20,643 nt of DNA from positions 124,001 through 144,643 of the forward strand of contig CAXGAI010000005.1 of the NCBI GenBank assembly GCA_964007735.1. The letters run 5' to 3'. Source of the stretch: an uncultured Rhodopirellula sp. (GTDB lineage Bacteria; Planctomycetota; Planctomycetia; Pirellulales; Pirellulaceae). A model generated the notes under the pieces. It saw nothing but the letters and a program-made list of their open reading frames with translations. It ran no database searches and was not told where the DNA came from. Both the position numbers and the translations under genes were made by a program. Of this stretch, positions 9,672-18,414 are shown piece after piece. Numbering within the stretch: the first letter of the stretch is position 1; every line of letters starts with the position of its first letter.

Positions 9672-9968
9672 TTAAGCTAACACCGTCTTTAAATGTTCAA
9701 CCAAAACCTGATCACAACGACTTCCACTTGAGTCGTAGAGGAATAATTTATTCTTCATGGTGTCCCAAACCGCTGTCAGTGTTACCTGACGTGGACCATT
9801 CACACTGAAGAGTACTCCACATGGATCCCCCCCTCGCGTTAAAGGACGTTCGTTGAGTGGGAATTGGGATGATTCGAGTTGACCAATGTCACAAAGCGTT
9901 TGGTGGATAACTTCGCGCAGGTGTTCTTTGTTCAATCCGGCCGATTTCTTAGACATGATATCAAGCAT
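9672..9968 (-). CDS. Small conserved hypothetical protein (pattern recalled from Planctomycetes)
   Basis: LREVIHQTLC...QLE...FP.NER.L.R.G.PCG..F...GPR.V..TAVWD...N....YDS.G.R. ATG at 9968 has a GAGG RBS; the ORF extends to 10001. Family recognition is from memory. Confidence 0.7.
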   Translation of the reverse strand: MLDIMSKKSAGLNKEHLREVIHQTLCDIGQLESSQFPLNERPLTRGGDPCGVLFSVNGPRQVTLTAVWDTMKNKLFLYDSSGSRCDQVLVEHLKTVLA

Positions 9969-10209
9969 GGTAGGAACCTCTCGGGTGACGAAATGAGACA
10001 CATTTTCCCGGTGCGTAATTGGTTAGGCGGGCTCGACCAGAAAAAAATGTGAGGTGCAGAAGGTTGGTTAGGCTATAGATTTAATTATCGGAATGCAGAT
10101 CAATCGGATGAAGGGGCGAGTGTTCAAATTTTATAGAAACCGAATAATCATAGCGGCGAAATGTAAACCCTTGCGGATTGGTAGGCTGCTTCACTTACTG
10201 AGTTCGAGT

Positions 10210-10254
10210 GCTGTGTGTAAACTGTAATAAATTACATTTGATTCACAGCTTTTT
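10210..10254. promoter_or_regulatory. Inverted repeat with core palindrome TGTAAT-AA-ATTACA (operator or terminator-like hairpin)
   Basis: GCTGTG..AAAC-TGTAAT-AA-ATTACA-TTTG..CACAGC followed by TTTTT, in the AT-rich divergent intergenic region. Confidence 0.4.
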
Positions 10255-10315
10255 AACAGTAAATGTCAGACCAATTTAGCGAACAATCGCGAGGGCGAAA
10301 CACAGCCCGGTTCTT

Positions 10316-10498
10316 GTGGTGAACATACGCTTCAGGAATAATACGGAACGCTGGATGCGCGTCGTGATTGAAGAAGCATATATCCATTGCTCTAAACACA
10401 TTCCGCTTTTGAGGCGAATGCCCAGAGAAATTGCCTGGGGTACGGATGATGAAGGCCTCAAAGGTGGTGATTTCTTTGGTGTCAGTCGCGAAAACTAA
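10316..10498 (+). pseudogene. 3' fragment paralogous to the PNPOx-family gene at 18415-19080 (remnant or mini-protein)
   Basis: ERWMRVVIEEAYIHCSKHIPLLRRMPREIAWGTDDEGLKGGDFFGV versus ERWVRVRVEEAYIHCSKHIPMLKRMSKEISWGTDDESLKGGDFFGV: 37/46 aa identical by manual alignment. Homology starts near 10346; an in-frame stop lies upstream at 10277-10279. Confidence 0.85.
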
Positions 10499-10552
10499 AA
10501 TCGAAGTTAAGTTGCGACGGCCAATCAGAAGTTCATAATCCGGAGTCTTAAA

Positions 10553-11230
10553 TTGCCAACTTTGTTTCGCCAGTTGATTCCTATTTGCCTAGTGATGGCG
10601 GTCCCGATCATTCCGTTTTTCTTGTTCGGGAATTTGATAGAGGACTGGATTTCCCAAGTTCAGAATTCCAGTTGGTTGGCAGTCATCGTGATCTTACTTT
10701 TATCCGGTGATATCTTTCTTCCGATTCCCAGTAGCGTGGTGTCGACCTTTAGCGGTGGACAAATGCACTGGATAATGGGCACCCTTGTTTCGTGGATTGG
10801 AATGAATGTTGGGGCGGTCCTTGGTTTTTGGTTTGCAAGCAAGTATGGCAGATCATTTGCCCTTCGATTCTCTCAGGAAGAAGACCTTCAGCGAGCTGCC
10901 GGCCTAACTCACCGATTTGGTCCGGGGTTCCTTGTTTTGACGCGTGGAGTGCCTGTGCTGGCTGAAGCCAGTGTTTTATTGATGGGCGTCCACGGACTCA
11001 GTTGGCGCAGATTTTTACTACCAATTATCTCTAGCAATTTCGGAATTTCGCTCGCTTATAGTGCATTTGGACATCTTGCCAGTAAACACGATTGGTTTCC
11101 TTTGGCGATGGGCATAAGTATTGGTGTTCCAGTTTTATTAACATTAGTAGTACAACGATTTGTGAAAATCAAAACAGAGTCGCCTGTCGCAGACTCAGAT
11201 ATCTTGCAGGAAAGTGAATTAGATGACTAA
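10553..11230 (+). CDS. VTT/TVP38 (DedA/SNARE-associated) membrane protein
   Basis: [22 protein letters not shown]...[12 protein letters not shown]...G. Multiple TM segments. TTG start with GGAG RBS at 10542-10545. Confidence 0.85.
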   Translation: MPTLFRQLIPICLVMAVPIIPFFLFGNLIEDWISQVQNSSWLAVIVILLLSGDIFLPIPSSVVSTFSGGQMHWIMGTLVSWIGMNVGAVLGFWFASKYGRSFALRFSQEEDLQRAAGLTHRFGPGFLVLTRGVPVLAEASVLLMGVHGLSWRRFLLPIISSNFGISLAYSAFGHLASKHDWFPLAMGISIGVPVLLTLVVQRFVKIKTESPVADSDILQESELDD

Positions 11231-13235
11231 TGATGATGCCGCGGCTAATCAATTAACCTCGTTACTTGAATCTGTTACTCCTGGAGCCGGAGTATTGGAC
11301 GTTCAAACGAAAGCCCCGGGACCCAGCGGGGCATTACCTTTAACCGATGAGATACTCCGCACCTGGTCCAGTGGCGATTTGTTTGGACTAACACAGAATG
11401 CCGGGATGGGATGGAATCCCGAAGATTTGCTGCGTCCGCAATATCTAGTCCTGAGCACGCAGGGAGGAATGCGAGCTGAAGATGGTTCACCGATCGCTTT
11501 GGGCTATCATACCGGTCACTGGGAAGTTGGATTGTTAGTTCAGGCTGCTTCGCGAACAATCAAAGAACTCGGAGGAATTCCTTTTGCCGCGTATTGTAGT
11601 GATCCCTGTGACGGTCGCAGTCAGGGTACGACCGGAATGTTTGATAGCCTGCCATATCGAAATGATGCGGCAGTCGTGTTACGGCGTTTGATTCGTTCAT
11701 TGCCGACACGTCAGGGGCTTTTAGGCGTCGCGACTTGCGACAAAGGATTACCGGCTATGATGCTTGCTCTTAACGGTCAGAACGATCTTCCGGGAGTTAT
11801 CGTTCCCGGTGGTGTGACGCTGCCACCTGAAGAAGGGGAAGATGCCGGAGCGGTGCAAACAATCAGCGCGCGGTATGTTCATGGTGAGATTACATTGGAA
11901 GATGCTGCGGTAGCAGGTTGTCGAGCTTGTGGTACACCTGGTGGCGGATGTCAGTTTCTTGGAACGGCTGCGACTAGTCAGGTGGTGGCCGAAGCTATGG
12001 GAATGACTTTACCTCATGCCGCGCTGTCCCCAAGTGGTCAGGCGATATGGATTGATACCGCAATCCGTAGTGCGCATGCCTTGACTCAATTGGTCGAGAA
12101 GAAACTCACCTTAAAAGACATTGTGACAGATGCATCCATTCGCAATGCGATGGTAGTTCACGCTGCCTGTGGTGGCTCGACGAATCTTCTGCTTCACATC
12201 CCGGCGATTGCTCATGCTGGTGGATTGAAGCGACCTACGGTTGATGACTGGAGCGAAGTTAATCGTCAGGTCCCTCGCTTTGTCGATGTTCTTCCCAATG
12301 GGCCGACAAATCATCCGACGGTACAGTTCTTTCTGGCTGGTGGAGTCCCGGAAGTGATGCTTCATCTTCGGAAAATGGGGGTGTTGGATACTTCTGTGCT
12401 AACAGTTACCGGTCAGACATTAAATGAGGTTCTGGATTGGTGGGAACAGTCAGAACGTCGTCAAACGCTAAGAAATCGACTTCAGGAGCATGATGGCATC
12501 AATCCTGATGATGTCATTCTTTCTCCAGCCGAGGCTCTAAAGCGAGGGCTTACGAGTACGGTTTGCTTTCCTCAAGGGAATATCTGCCCAGAAGGATCCG
12601 TGATCAAAGCGACCTCGATCGATCCGTCCGTTGTGGATGATGATGGCGTCTATCGTAAAGTTGGGCCGGCACGTGTGTTTGTATCAGAACGGGATGCCAT
12701 CATGGCGATCAAGGGTCAAATCGAACCCGCAATCAAACCCGGGGATATCCTGGTATTGCTAGGACGTGGACCATTGGGAACAGGTATGGAAGAAACCTAT
12801 CAATTGACTTCAGCTCTGAAATTTCTTAAGTGGGGGAAAGAAGTGGCGATTGTAACGGACGCTCGTTTCTCCGGCGTCAGTACCGGCGCGTGTATCGGGC
12901 ATGTTGGTCCTGAAGCTCTGGCCGATGGCCCGATTGGTCGAGTGCGAGATGGTGATCGTATTGAAATTATCGTAGACCGTAACGAACTGAAAGGATCGGT
13001 GAATCTCATCGGTACGTCAGACAGAGATCTGACACCGGAAGAAGCAGATCAACTGCTTGCATCTCGCGGGAGACTCGACGGTCTTGCCGAAGATGAAGCC
13101 CTACACGATGACACCCGATTATGGGCTGCTTTGCAAAAAGTCGGTGGCGGAACTTGGGGCGGTTGCGTATACGACGTTGAGAAAATCGTTGAAACATTGG
13201 AAGCTGGTACGAAGGCACTCAGTAACGAATCTTAA
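11223..13235 (+). CDS. yagF: YagF/YjhG family D-xylonate (sugar-acid) dehydratase, IlvD/Edd superfamily
   Basis: [72 protein letters not shown] and GHVGPEA. Confidence 0.92.
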   Translation: MTNDDAAANQLTSLLESVTPGAGVLDVQTKAPGPSGALPLTDEILRTWSSGDLFGLTQNAGMGWNPEDLLRPQYLVLSTQGGMRAEDGSPIALGYHTGHWEVGLLVQAASRTIKELGGIPFAAYCSDPCDGRSQGTTGMFDSLPYRNDAAVVLRRLIRSLPTRQGLLGVATCDKGLPAMMLALNGQNDLPGVIVPGGVTLPPEEGEDAGAVQTISARYVHGEITLEDAAVAGCRACGTPGGGCQFLGTAATSQVVAEAMGMTLPHAALSPSGQAIWIDTAIRSAHALTQLVEKKLTLKDIVTDASIRNAMVVHAACGGSTNLLLHIPAIAHAGGLKRPTVDDWSEVNRQVPRFVDVLPNGPTNHPTVQFFLAGGVPEVMLHLRKMGVLDTSVLTVTGQTLNEVLDWWEQSERRQTLRNRLQEHDGINPDDVILSPAEALKRGLTSTVCFPQGNICPEGSVIKATSIDPSVVDDDGVYRKVGPARVFVSERDAIMAIKGQIEPAIKPGDILVLLGRGPLGTGMEETYQLTSALKFLKWGKEVAIVTDARFSGVSTGACIGHVGPEALADGPIGRVRDGDRIEIIVDRNELKGSVNLIGTSDRDLTPEEADQLLASRGRLDGLAEDEALHDDTRLWAALQKVGGGTWGGCVYDVEKIVETLEAGTKALSNES

Positions 13236-13259
13236 ACTACATAAAAAAACGTATCTGCG

Positions 13260-14894
13260 ATGGAGTCTAACCACTTGAACATTCAAACTATTCGCACCAC
13301 TTTACTGGCATTGCTTGTATTAACTGTACAACAGACATTTGCAAATGATCTGTATATTGATCCTGCTGGAGCCCAGGGGAGGCTTGTTATTGTTGGTGGG
13401 GGCATGATACCAACAGCTGCGCAGGGACAATTCGTAGCCTGGGCTGGTGGTCGTGGAGCAAAGATCTTAGTTGTGACGACTGCGTCAGAAGATGCCGGCA
13501 CTGATCAGCAAGATAGATTTTCTAAACCATGGGATGATTTCGATATTAACAGTGTGTTAATTGTTCATGCCGAGTCACGAGAGGAGGCGTCTTCAAAATC
13601 ATTTTTGAAGAGTCTCCAAGAGGCAACCGGCGTTTGGTTTGTTGGCGGCAGTCAGCAACGTATCATTGACAGGTACGTTGGTACTTCTTTCGAAGAAGAA
13701 TTGTACCAGTTGCTTCAACGAGGGGGAGTCGTTGGGGGCACGAGTGCCGGAGCAGTCGTACAATCACATTTGGCCATTGTAGGTGGCTCGCGTCGGCCTC
13801 AATTAGATACAGGCTTTGATTTGTTACCCGGAGCTGTTATCGATCAGCACTTTACAGAACGAGATAGGCTAGCACGGTTGCAGAATACCATGCGCAAACA
13901 TGCTTCCAAAGTGGGATTGGGTATTGATAAAGATACTGCTTTGTTAGTGGATCGTCGTTTCATGAAAGTAGTCGGTGCCGGTGCAGTTACGGCTGTTTTA
14001 CCGCGTGCCCGCAAAGGGCAGCAGGAAATAGTTAAGTATCCCGCAGACTCGCTGATCGATTTGATAAGTTTGCGGCGAATGGTGCGTGATCGTCAATTCC
14101 CGGTTTTTCCACCAGTGAAAGTGTCAGAACCGATCGTAGAAAAAGGAACACTGATGATCGTTGGAGGTGGACGCATGCCACTTCAGTTGGTGAAAGAGTT
14201 TGTCGCTGCGGCTGGTGGCAAAGACGCGCACATCGTAGTTCTTCCCACTTCAATGCCTGACCCTTTGCCTGAAGATTATGGAAAAAGAATGTTTGAAGCT
14301 GGCGGGGCAAAGAATATTACCGTGCTGCGACAACGCGAGCGCACTGCCGTTGAGTCCGAGGAAATGCTGGAGGCATTAAAAACCGCGGACGGCGTCTGGT
14401 TTGGCGGTGGGCGTCAATGGCGTTTTGTAGACGCTTATGAACACACCAAGGCTTACCCGTTGATTCATGAAGTGCTTGCCAAGGGCGGCATTATTGGCGG
14501 TAGTTCCGCCGGAGCTTCCATTCAGGGGGATTATCTTGCGCGTGCAAATCCACTGGGAAACCGTGAGATCATGGCACCCGGCTATGAAAAGGGATTTGGA
14601 TTTTTACCGGGTTCGGCGATCGATCAGCATTTTAAACAACGCAATCGCTTTAAGGATATGACCTCGTTGGTGGATAAATATCCCCAATTGCTGGGAATTG
14701 GCATCGATGAAGGGACGGCATTGGTTGTCAGGGGGAGGATCGGGGTAGTGAAAGGTGACGGTGCGGTGCATTTTTATGATCGCCGCCGGACTGTGATGGA
14801 AGGAGAGAAGGATTACGTGACGATTGAGTCGGGTCGTTCTTTCGACTTAGTCGATCGCCGTGCCGTTGAAGCAGCTGCGGGTAAACAAGAGTAA
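13260..14894 (+). CDS. Exported tandem two-domain cyanophycinase-like serine peptidase (peptidase S51)
   Basis: Signal-peptide-like N-terminus. Two repeats of L.IVGGG...GVWF.GG.Q...GG(T/S)SAGA...IDQHF..R.R...GID(K/E).TA. Confidence 0.9.
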   Translation: MESNHLNIQTIRTTLLALLVLTVQQTFANDLYIDPAGAQGRLVIVGGGMIPTAAQGQFVAWAGGRGAKILVVTTASEDAGTDQQDRFSKPWDDFDINSVLIVHAESREEASSKSFLKSLQEATGVWFVGGSQQRIIDRYVGTSFEEELYQLLQRGGVVGGTSAGAVVQSHLAIVGGSRRPQLDTGFDLLPGAVIDQHFTERDRLARLQNTMRKHASKVGLGIDKDTALLVDRRFMKVVGAGAVTAVLPRARKGQQEIVKYPADSLIDLISLRRMVRDRQFPVFPPVKVSEPIVEKGTLMIVGGGRMPLQLVKEFVAAAGGKDAHIVVLPTSMPDPLPEDYGKRMFEAGGAKNITVLRQRERTAVESEEMLEALKTADGVWFGGGRQWRFVDAYEHTKAYPLIHEVLAKGGIIGGSSAGASIQGDYLARANPLGNREIMAPGYEKGFGFLPGSAIDQHFKQRNRFKDMTSLVDKYPQLLGIGIDEGTALVVRGRIGVVKGDGAVHFYDRRRTVMEGEKDYVTIESGRSFDLVDRRAVEAAAGKQE

Positions 14895-14899
14895 TCGTC

Positions 14900-15841
14900 A
14901 TGGCAGCAGAGGCAAGAGGAATCCAGCGGTGGTCGGGGTGGCTGTTTGTTAGCCCCTGGCTGCTTGGTCTCGCTCTTCTTTTTGTATACCCTTTTGTTGC
15001 ATCTTTAATTTGGTCCTTTTCTGAATATGACTTGTTGACGTCGCCCCGATATATCGGCACAGATCACTATGAACGTATTGCCAGTGAAATTGTTCAAGGC
15101 AAAGGTTTTGGTAAGGCGTTATGGAATACGTTTTACTATGCAGCCGTTTCGATCCCTTTATCAACGATAATGGCCATCTGTCTGGCCGTGATGTTGAATT
15201 GGCAAGTTCGTGGTCAGGCTATCTTTCGGACGTTATTCTATTTGCCATCGATGGTACCGATGGTTGCAACGTCGATTTTATGGTTGTGGTTGCTTGATCC
15301 GCGCGACGGCATGGTGAATGGTCTTCTATCTTTTTTTTATGAAGCTCCTCCCTTGTGGTTTCAGGGGATTCAGGAGGGAGTCTCCACCTCATCGCCATTT
15401 CAGTTTGGCTCAAAAGACGGCTTAACTCTGATGTCTCTGTGGGGCGTGGGAAATTTTATGCTCATCTATTTGGCGGCCTTAGGTGATATTGATGGCTCGT
15501 TATATCAGGCGGCTGAATTGGACGGAGCAGGGAGCTTTCAAAAGTTTCGTCACATCACCCTGCCAATGTTATCACCGATTATCTTTTTTAATTTGATTTT
15601 GGGAATCATTCAGTCCGTACAGGCATTTACTCAGGTTTATCTTGTTAGTGAAGGAACAGGGCAACCCGCAGAATCAAGCTTGCTGATTTCGCTGCAGCTA
15701 TTTCTGGCAGCATTTCGTGATTTGGAGATGGGTTATGCCTCGGCCATCGCCTGGGTGTTGTTTGTTTTCCTGGCATTAATGACCTGGGGCTTATTTCGCT
15801 CGAGCCGTAATTGGGTTCATTATCGGGGGGTACGCATATAA
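14900..15841 (+). CDS. Carbohydrate ABC transporter permease (CUT1, MalF/UgpA-like)
   Basis: FVSPW, NTFYY, FRTLFYLP, EAA-type loop LYQAAELDGA...FRHITLP, MGYASAIAW. Confidence 0.95.
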   Translation: MAAEARGIQRWSGWLFVSPWLLGLALLFVYPFVASLIWSFSEYDLLTSPRYIGTDHYERIASEIVQGKGFGKALWNTFYYAAVSIPLSTIMAICLAVMLNWQVRGQAIFRTLFYLPSMVPMVATSILWLWLLDPRDGMVNGLLSFFYEAPPLWFQGIQEGVSTSSPFQFGSKDGLTLMSLWGVGNFMLIYLAALGDIDGSLYQAAELDGAGSFQKFRHITLPMLSPIIFFNLILGIIQSVQAFTQVYLVSEGTGQPAESSLLISLQLFLAAFRDLEMGYASAIAWVLFVFLALMTWGLFRSSRNWVHYRGVRI

Positions 15842-17226
15842 TGGCGCGGCCACTTCCCATTGTCATCCTGTTGTTACTCGCCGGAATCGTTGCCGTTTGG
15901 GGGGCTACCATTTCGCTAACAAATGAAACGCCCTTGGATCGGGAGGAAGTCGTTTTTTGGCACTTTTGGTCGGGTTCCGATGGTGAAGTGGTGAATGATG
16001 TTGTGCGGCGATTTAATGCGAGCCAGAGTGACTATTATGTGCGAGCGGTATCTATGCCAGGCAATAACTTTGATATGAAGCTGTTTCTATCGATCACCGG
16101 TGGTGATCCACCAGACCTAATCAATCAGGACGATCCCATTGTCGGTGATTGGGCTTTTCGCGGTGCGATTTACTCAATGGAAGAGATTGCTTCTGTAGAA
16201 GAAGTCGAGAACATGAAAGATTGGCTTCTTCCATCGGCCAGAAGCCTAGGGGAATACGACGGTCGCTTATATGCCGTGTGTAACGGACTTGATATTCGAG
16301 CTCTTTACTTTAATCGTGAACTGGTCGAGGAAGCTTTAGGGAGATCTGTGCCAGACGAGCTTGAGTCCATTGAGCAGCTTGATATGATTGCTGAATTATG
16401 CACCCAATATACAGATGGGGAATTAACCCAGATCGGGTATTTACCCGACCCTCGTCGACTTTGGGCCTGGGGGCCGGTCTTCGGAGGAGATTTCTATGAT
16501 GAGCAGAATGGGCAGGTCACGGCCAGTGACGAAGCAATTATTTCGGCCTTGCAGTGGATGCAGGGGTATCGTCAGAGGCTTGGTGCCAATGCTGTTGCCA
16601 CTTACAGACAGAACGATCAGTCGCTTCCTAATAAAATGTTTCCATTACTGGCCAACCGATATGCCGTAATCCTTGATGGCCAATGGCGGGTACGAGATAT
16701 CGAAGCAGCGCAAAAAGTAAGTCGTACCAGAGGTGAACCAGTGACTCGTTATGGTGTTTGGCCGTTACCGGCAGAGTCCCGTCAGGGAAAAACTGGATGG
16801 GTCAATGGAAATGTGTTCTTGGTTCCGCGACATGCTAATAATGCCCAAGGAGCGTGGGAATTTATTAAGTTTTGGACAGGTTTGGAAGGACATGAGAAGG
16901 ATGCAGCTGAAACATGTGTCGCTGGTGGCTGGATTCCTGTGTCAAAACATGTCGCTGAATCTCTCGAATTTCAAACCTATTTGAGCGAGCATCCGTTGTT
17001 TGCGAGGTTTGTGGATTTCGCAGCAACGGAGCAGGTTCCAACGCCCCTTGTTCCCGGCGCGAGTCGGTATTACCGCGAAGTGAACAATTTAGTTCAACGT
17101 GTTATGTATGACGATGAAGTGGTGGATTTGACGGCTGAATTGAATATGCTCGAGCAGACCATGCAGAAACACATCGATCGTATTCGGAGTCACCCTTCTT
17201 TTGCGGAGGAACAGGCTGATGAATAA
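15841..17226 (+). CDS. Carbohydrate ABC transporter substrate-binding protein (family 1)
   Basis: N-terminal hydrophobic anchor, then FWHFW...RFNASQ, GGDPPD, DGRLYA, LYFNR, DGQW and AWEFIKF. ATG at 15841 overlaps the upstream stop (TAATG). Confidence 0.93.
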   Translation: MARPLPIVILLLLAGIVAVWGATISLTNETPLDREEVVFWHFWSGSDGEVVNDVVRRFNASQSDYYVRAVSMPGNNFDMKLFLSITGGDPPDLINQDDPIVGDWAFRGAIYSMEEIASVEEVENMKDWLLPSARSLGEYDGRLYAVCNGLDIRALYFNRELVEEALGRSVPDELESIEQLDMIAELCTQYTDGELTQIGYLPDPRRLWAWGPVFGGDFYDEQNGQVTASDEAIISALQWMQGYRQRLGANAVATYRQNDQSLPNKMFPLLANRYAVILDGQWRVRDIEAAQKVSRTRGEPVTRYGVWPLPAESRQGKTGWVNGNVFLVPRHANNAQGAWEFIKFWTGLEGHEKDAAETCVAGGWIPVSKHVAESLEFQTYLSEHPLFARFVDFAATEQVPTPLVPGASRYYREVNNLVQRVMYDDEVVDLTAELNMLEQTMQKHIDRIRSHPSFAEEQADE

Positions 17227-18037
17227 TGTAGCGGGGAAATGGAAATGGATGGCTTTGCTGTGTGTTAGCGGAATGTTTCTGCTGCCTCTGCTTTTAATGT
17301 TGCTGGCATCAGTGAAGCCGGCTGAGCAATTGACCGGAGATCCTTATAGTTTGCTTCCTGATAGGGTGCTGTTTCAAAACTATCGCGATGCTTTGGAATC
17401 CATTCCTTATGTGAAGTATTTGGCCAACTCGATTGTGCTATGTGTCGGCAGTGTTGCGGGAACTCTAATTTCATGTTCTTTGGTGGCATACGGATTTTCC
17501 CGTCTGAAGTGGCGCGGCAGGAATCTTATGTTCGCGATCATGATTGGTACGATGCTTTTACCGTGGCACGTCACGATGATTCCCCGATTTGTGCTATTCA
17601 GTGAACTCGGTCTGTATAACCATCTGGCAGCAATTATCCTCCCCACCTTTTTGGGAGATGCATTCTATATCTTCTTGCTCAGACAATTCTTCTTATCTAT
17701 TCCTGAAGAGATCAGCGAAGCAGCAAGGCTCGATGGGTTGAGTGAGCTAGGTATCTATTGGCGGATTATTTTACCATTGAGTAAGCCCGCACTTATCACG
17801 GTGGCCATGTTTCAGTTCGTGGCTAGTTGGAATGACTTTAGTGGGCCACTATTGTATCTTAGTGATCACGAAAAATTTCCATTAGCGTATGGGTTGGAGC
17901 AGTTCGTGAGTTCGTATGCCGATCAAACACATTTGTTAATGGCAGCTAGCGTGATGTTTACATTACCGATGATCATTTTGTTTGTGGTGGCTCAAAAGAG
18001 CTTTACACGCGGTATTACGATGACCGGTTCGAAGTGA
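17219..18037 (+). CDS. Carbohydrate ABC transporter permease (CUT1, MalG/UgpE-like)
   Basis: NY, AYGFSRL.W.GR, FLLRQFFLSIPEEISEAARLDG, PLSKP, WNDF, AQKSF..GI. ATG at 17219 overlaps the end of the SBP gene. Confidence 0.95.
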   Translation: MNNVAGKWKWMALLCVSGMFLLPLLLMLLASVKPAEQLTGDPYSLLPDRVLFQNYRDALESIPYVKYLANSIVLCVGSVAGTLISCSLVAYGFSRLKWRGRNLMFAIMIGTMLLPWHVTMIPRFVLFSELGLYNHLAAIILPTFLGDAFYIFLLRQFFLSIPEEISEAARLDGLSELGIYWRIILPLSKPALITVAMFQFVASWNDFSGPLLYLSDHEKFPLAYGLEQFVSSYADQTHLLMAASVMFTLPMIILFVVAQKSFTRGITMTGSK

Positions 18038-18078
18038 TTGGAAGCTTGTTTAAGACTGGAAAACAGGAGATTCGCCGG

Positions 18079-18107
18079 TTGCGTGAATGATACGTTGAGT
18101 ATACGAT
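18079..18107 (+). promoter_or_regulatory. Sigma70-type promoter for the small basic ORF
   Basis: TTGCGT (18079-18084), 17-nt spacer, TACGAT (18102-18107). Confidence 0.55.
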
Positions 18108-18176
18108 TAATCTTTTGGTCGGCGGCTATGTCGACCAGCTTCTCATTAAATTGAGTTACGAATTGGAGAATTCCCA

Positions 18177-18266
18177 GTGGGAACAAAACGTACAGGAAAA
18201 GGACGCCGCAAGATCGGTCGTAAGAAACGACGTATGCGTGCCAAGATTCGTCATCGTAAGGGCTAG
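18177..18266 (+). CDS. 29-aa Lys/Arg-rich small protein, candidate small ribosomal protein (bS22/mS38/eL41-like)
   Basis: GTG start with GGAG RBS 8 nt upstream. MGTKRTGKGRRKIGRKKRRMRAKIRHRKG*, 16/29 K+R, no acidic residues. Below the ORF-track length cutoff. Confidence 0.8.
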   Translation: MGTKRTGKGRRKIGRKKRRMRAKIRHRKG

Positions 18267-18414
18267 AAACACCCTTATTTACCGGGCTAGCCATTTAGGT
18301 CTGCAACGGGCTCTCTACCGCCCGATCATTGCCCGGTCTCTATAAAAGCGCTGCAATGTTCGTTTGACGCTGCGCCAATTACAAGCCAGCTGAAACACAT
18401 GCAATACGCGAATT

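Noticed and set aside
17992..18345. ORFs 17992..18294(-) and 18115..18345(+)
   Set aside because: No recognisable motifs or RBS. Both overlap the better-supported 29-aa ORF, which has an RBS and promoter.
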